Positions 63,240 through 64,000 of a DNA stretch of 64,000 nt are shown here, one piece after another. The stretch is from contig CM082576.2 of assembly GCA_040954595.2 (NCBI GenBank), positions 186,001 to 250,000 on the forward strand. Reading direction: 5' to 3'. Within the stretch, counting starts at the first letter, position 1; each line of letters opens with the position of its first letter. The position numbers were made by a program, and so were the translations under genes. The notes below the pieces were generated by a model. That model searched no databases. It worked only from the letters and a program-made list of their open reading frames with translations, and was not told the origin of the DNA. This DNA is from Balanoglossus misakiensis (Eukaryota > Animalia > Hemichordata).

Positions 63240-64000
63240 CTCGCCACTGTCTCGCAATTCCTGAGATGGATGTCCATGGTTGTCAAGTGCGATACTTTTA
63301 CGTTGATTTGTTGATTTACACTACTTTATATTTTTAAAATCTTGTAAAAAATGTTTAGCCTTACAGACTTTGTAATTGTATAGTTTGCACACGTACACCA
63401 ATATTCTTGCCATCAGCCCCCAAGCTAACTAGAAACTGTACAAGTCCTAACCGTACTTTTTACTGAAAAAAGACCCGCTTCTTTCTCCACACCATCGGTT
63501 GAATCGTTTCTAATTTGAGGTATGATTTCTGTTAAAATAGTATAATGAAATGCGATATTTGAGATCAAATTTATGTTGACAACGAAAACGAAATGGTGAC
63601 CATATGAAAGGCTGTCATTTTCCTTGGGTTTACGTGCAATTGAGATGATGAGTAGGACAGAAGAGATGTGTGGCTCTCAATAGAAGCAATGCCTGGTTCC
63701 AGCGCAAATATAAACAAACTTTTGAAATTATTAAATTAGATGTAATCAACGGAATGGTGTTGGCGAAACAACGTACAAAGACGGGTATACAGAAAGCGCG
63801 ATACGATGACGAAATGAAATCTTAGCCAATTTAGCGCCTTTGGTATACAAATGAGGCAGGGGCAGATATTAGCCTCTGTTGCTTATTCACCACACCGAAA
63901 TCGAACAATGGAAAAAAATCACCTACCATTTTACCGCTTTGTTAAAAATAAAGATACAACCACGGGAAGGAATGAATGACTGATCATCGGTTTCATCAAT

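Noticed and set aside
47800-64000. Numerous 60-140-aa ORFs in the right-hand unique region (also 16-27 kb)
   Set aside because: Short, mostly non-ATG starts, no recognisable domains, and no consistent exon chain could be built by eye. Small real exons cannot be excluded.

Overview
Eukaryotic, AT-rich, gene-poor metazoan-type DNA; an invertebrate is likely, but the taxon cannot be fixed from the sequence. Left third: two same-strand ORFs, each encoding a ~375-aa disordered protein in one coding exon (1411-2529 and 14785-15927). They share short linear motifs (S-x-SCP, LPx[I/L], C-terminal KCxxWL). Between them lie a (CAC)45 tract, a 130-bp MITE with a 9-bp TSD, and a 3'-truncated Gypsy-type LTR element (5' LTR, tRNA-Pro PBS, intact capsid/SCAN-like gag). 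Centre (27068-47741): a 20.7-kb satellite domain built from three related monomers in nested layers: 86-bp (+), 88-bp (+, ~9.7 kb), 87-bp (inverted, ~9 kb, very homogeneous), 88-bp (inverted, ~1.5 kb), 86-bp (+). The inner 20.15-kb block begins and ends at the same monomer position in inverted orientation, like a foldback element. The 1653, 1018 and 326-aa ORFs inside it are satellite artefacts. Right third: no confident CDS, only promoter-like motif clusters (RFX X-boxes, E-box, CTCF-like site) and one weak candidate terminal exon.
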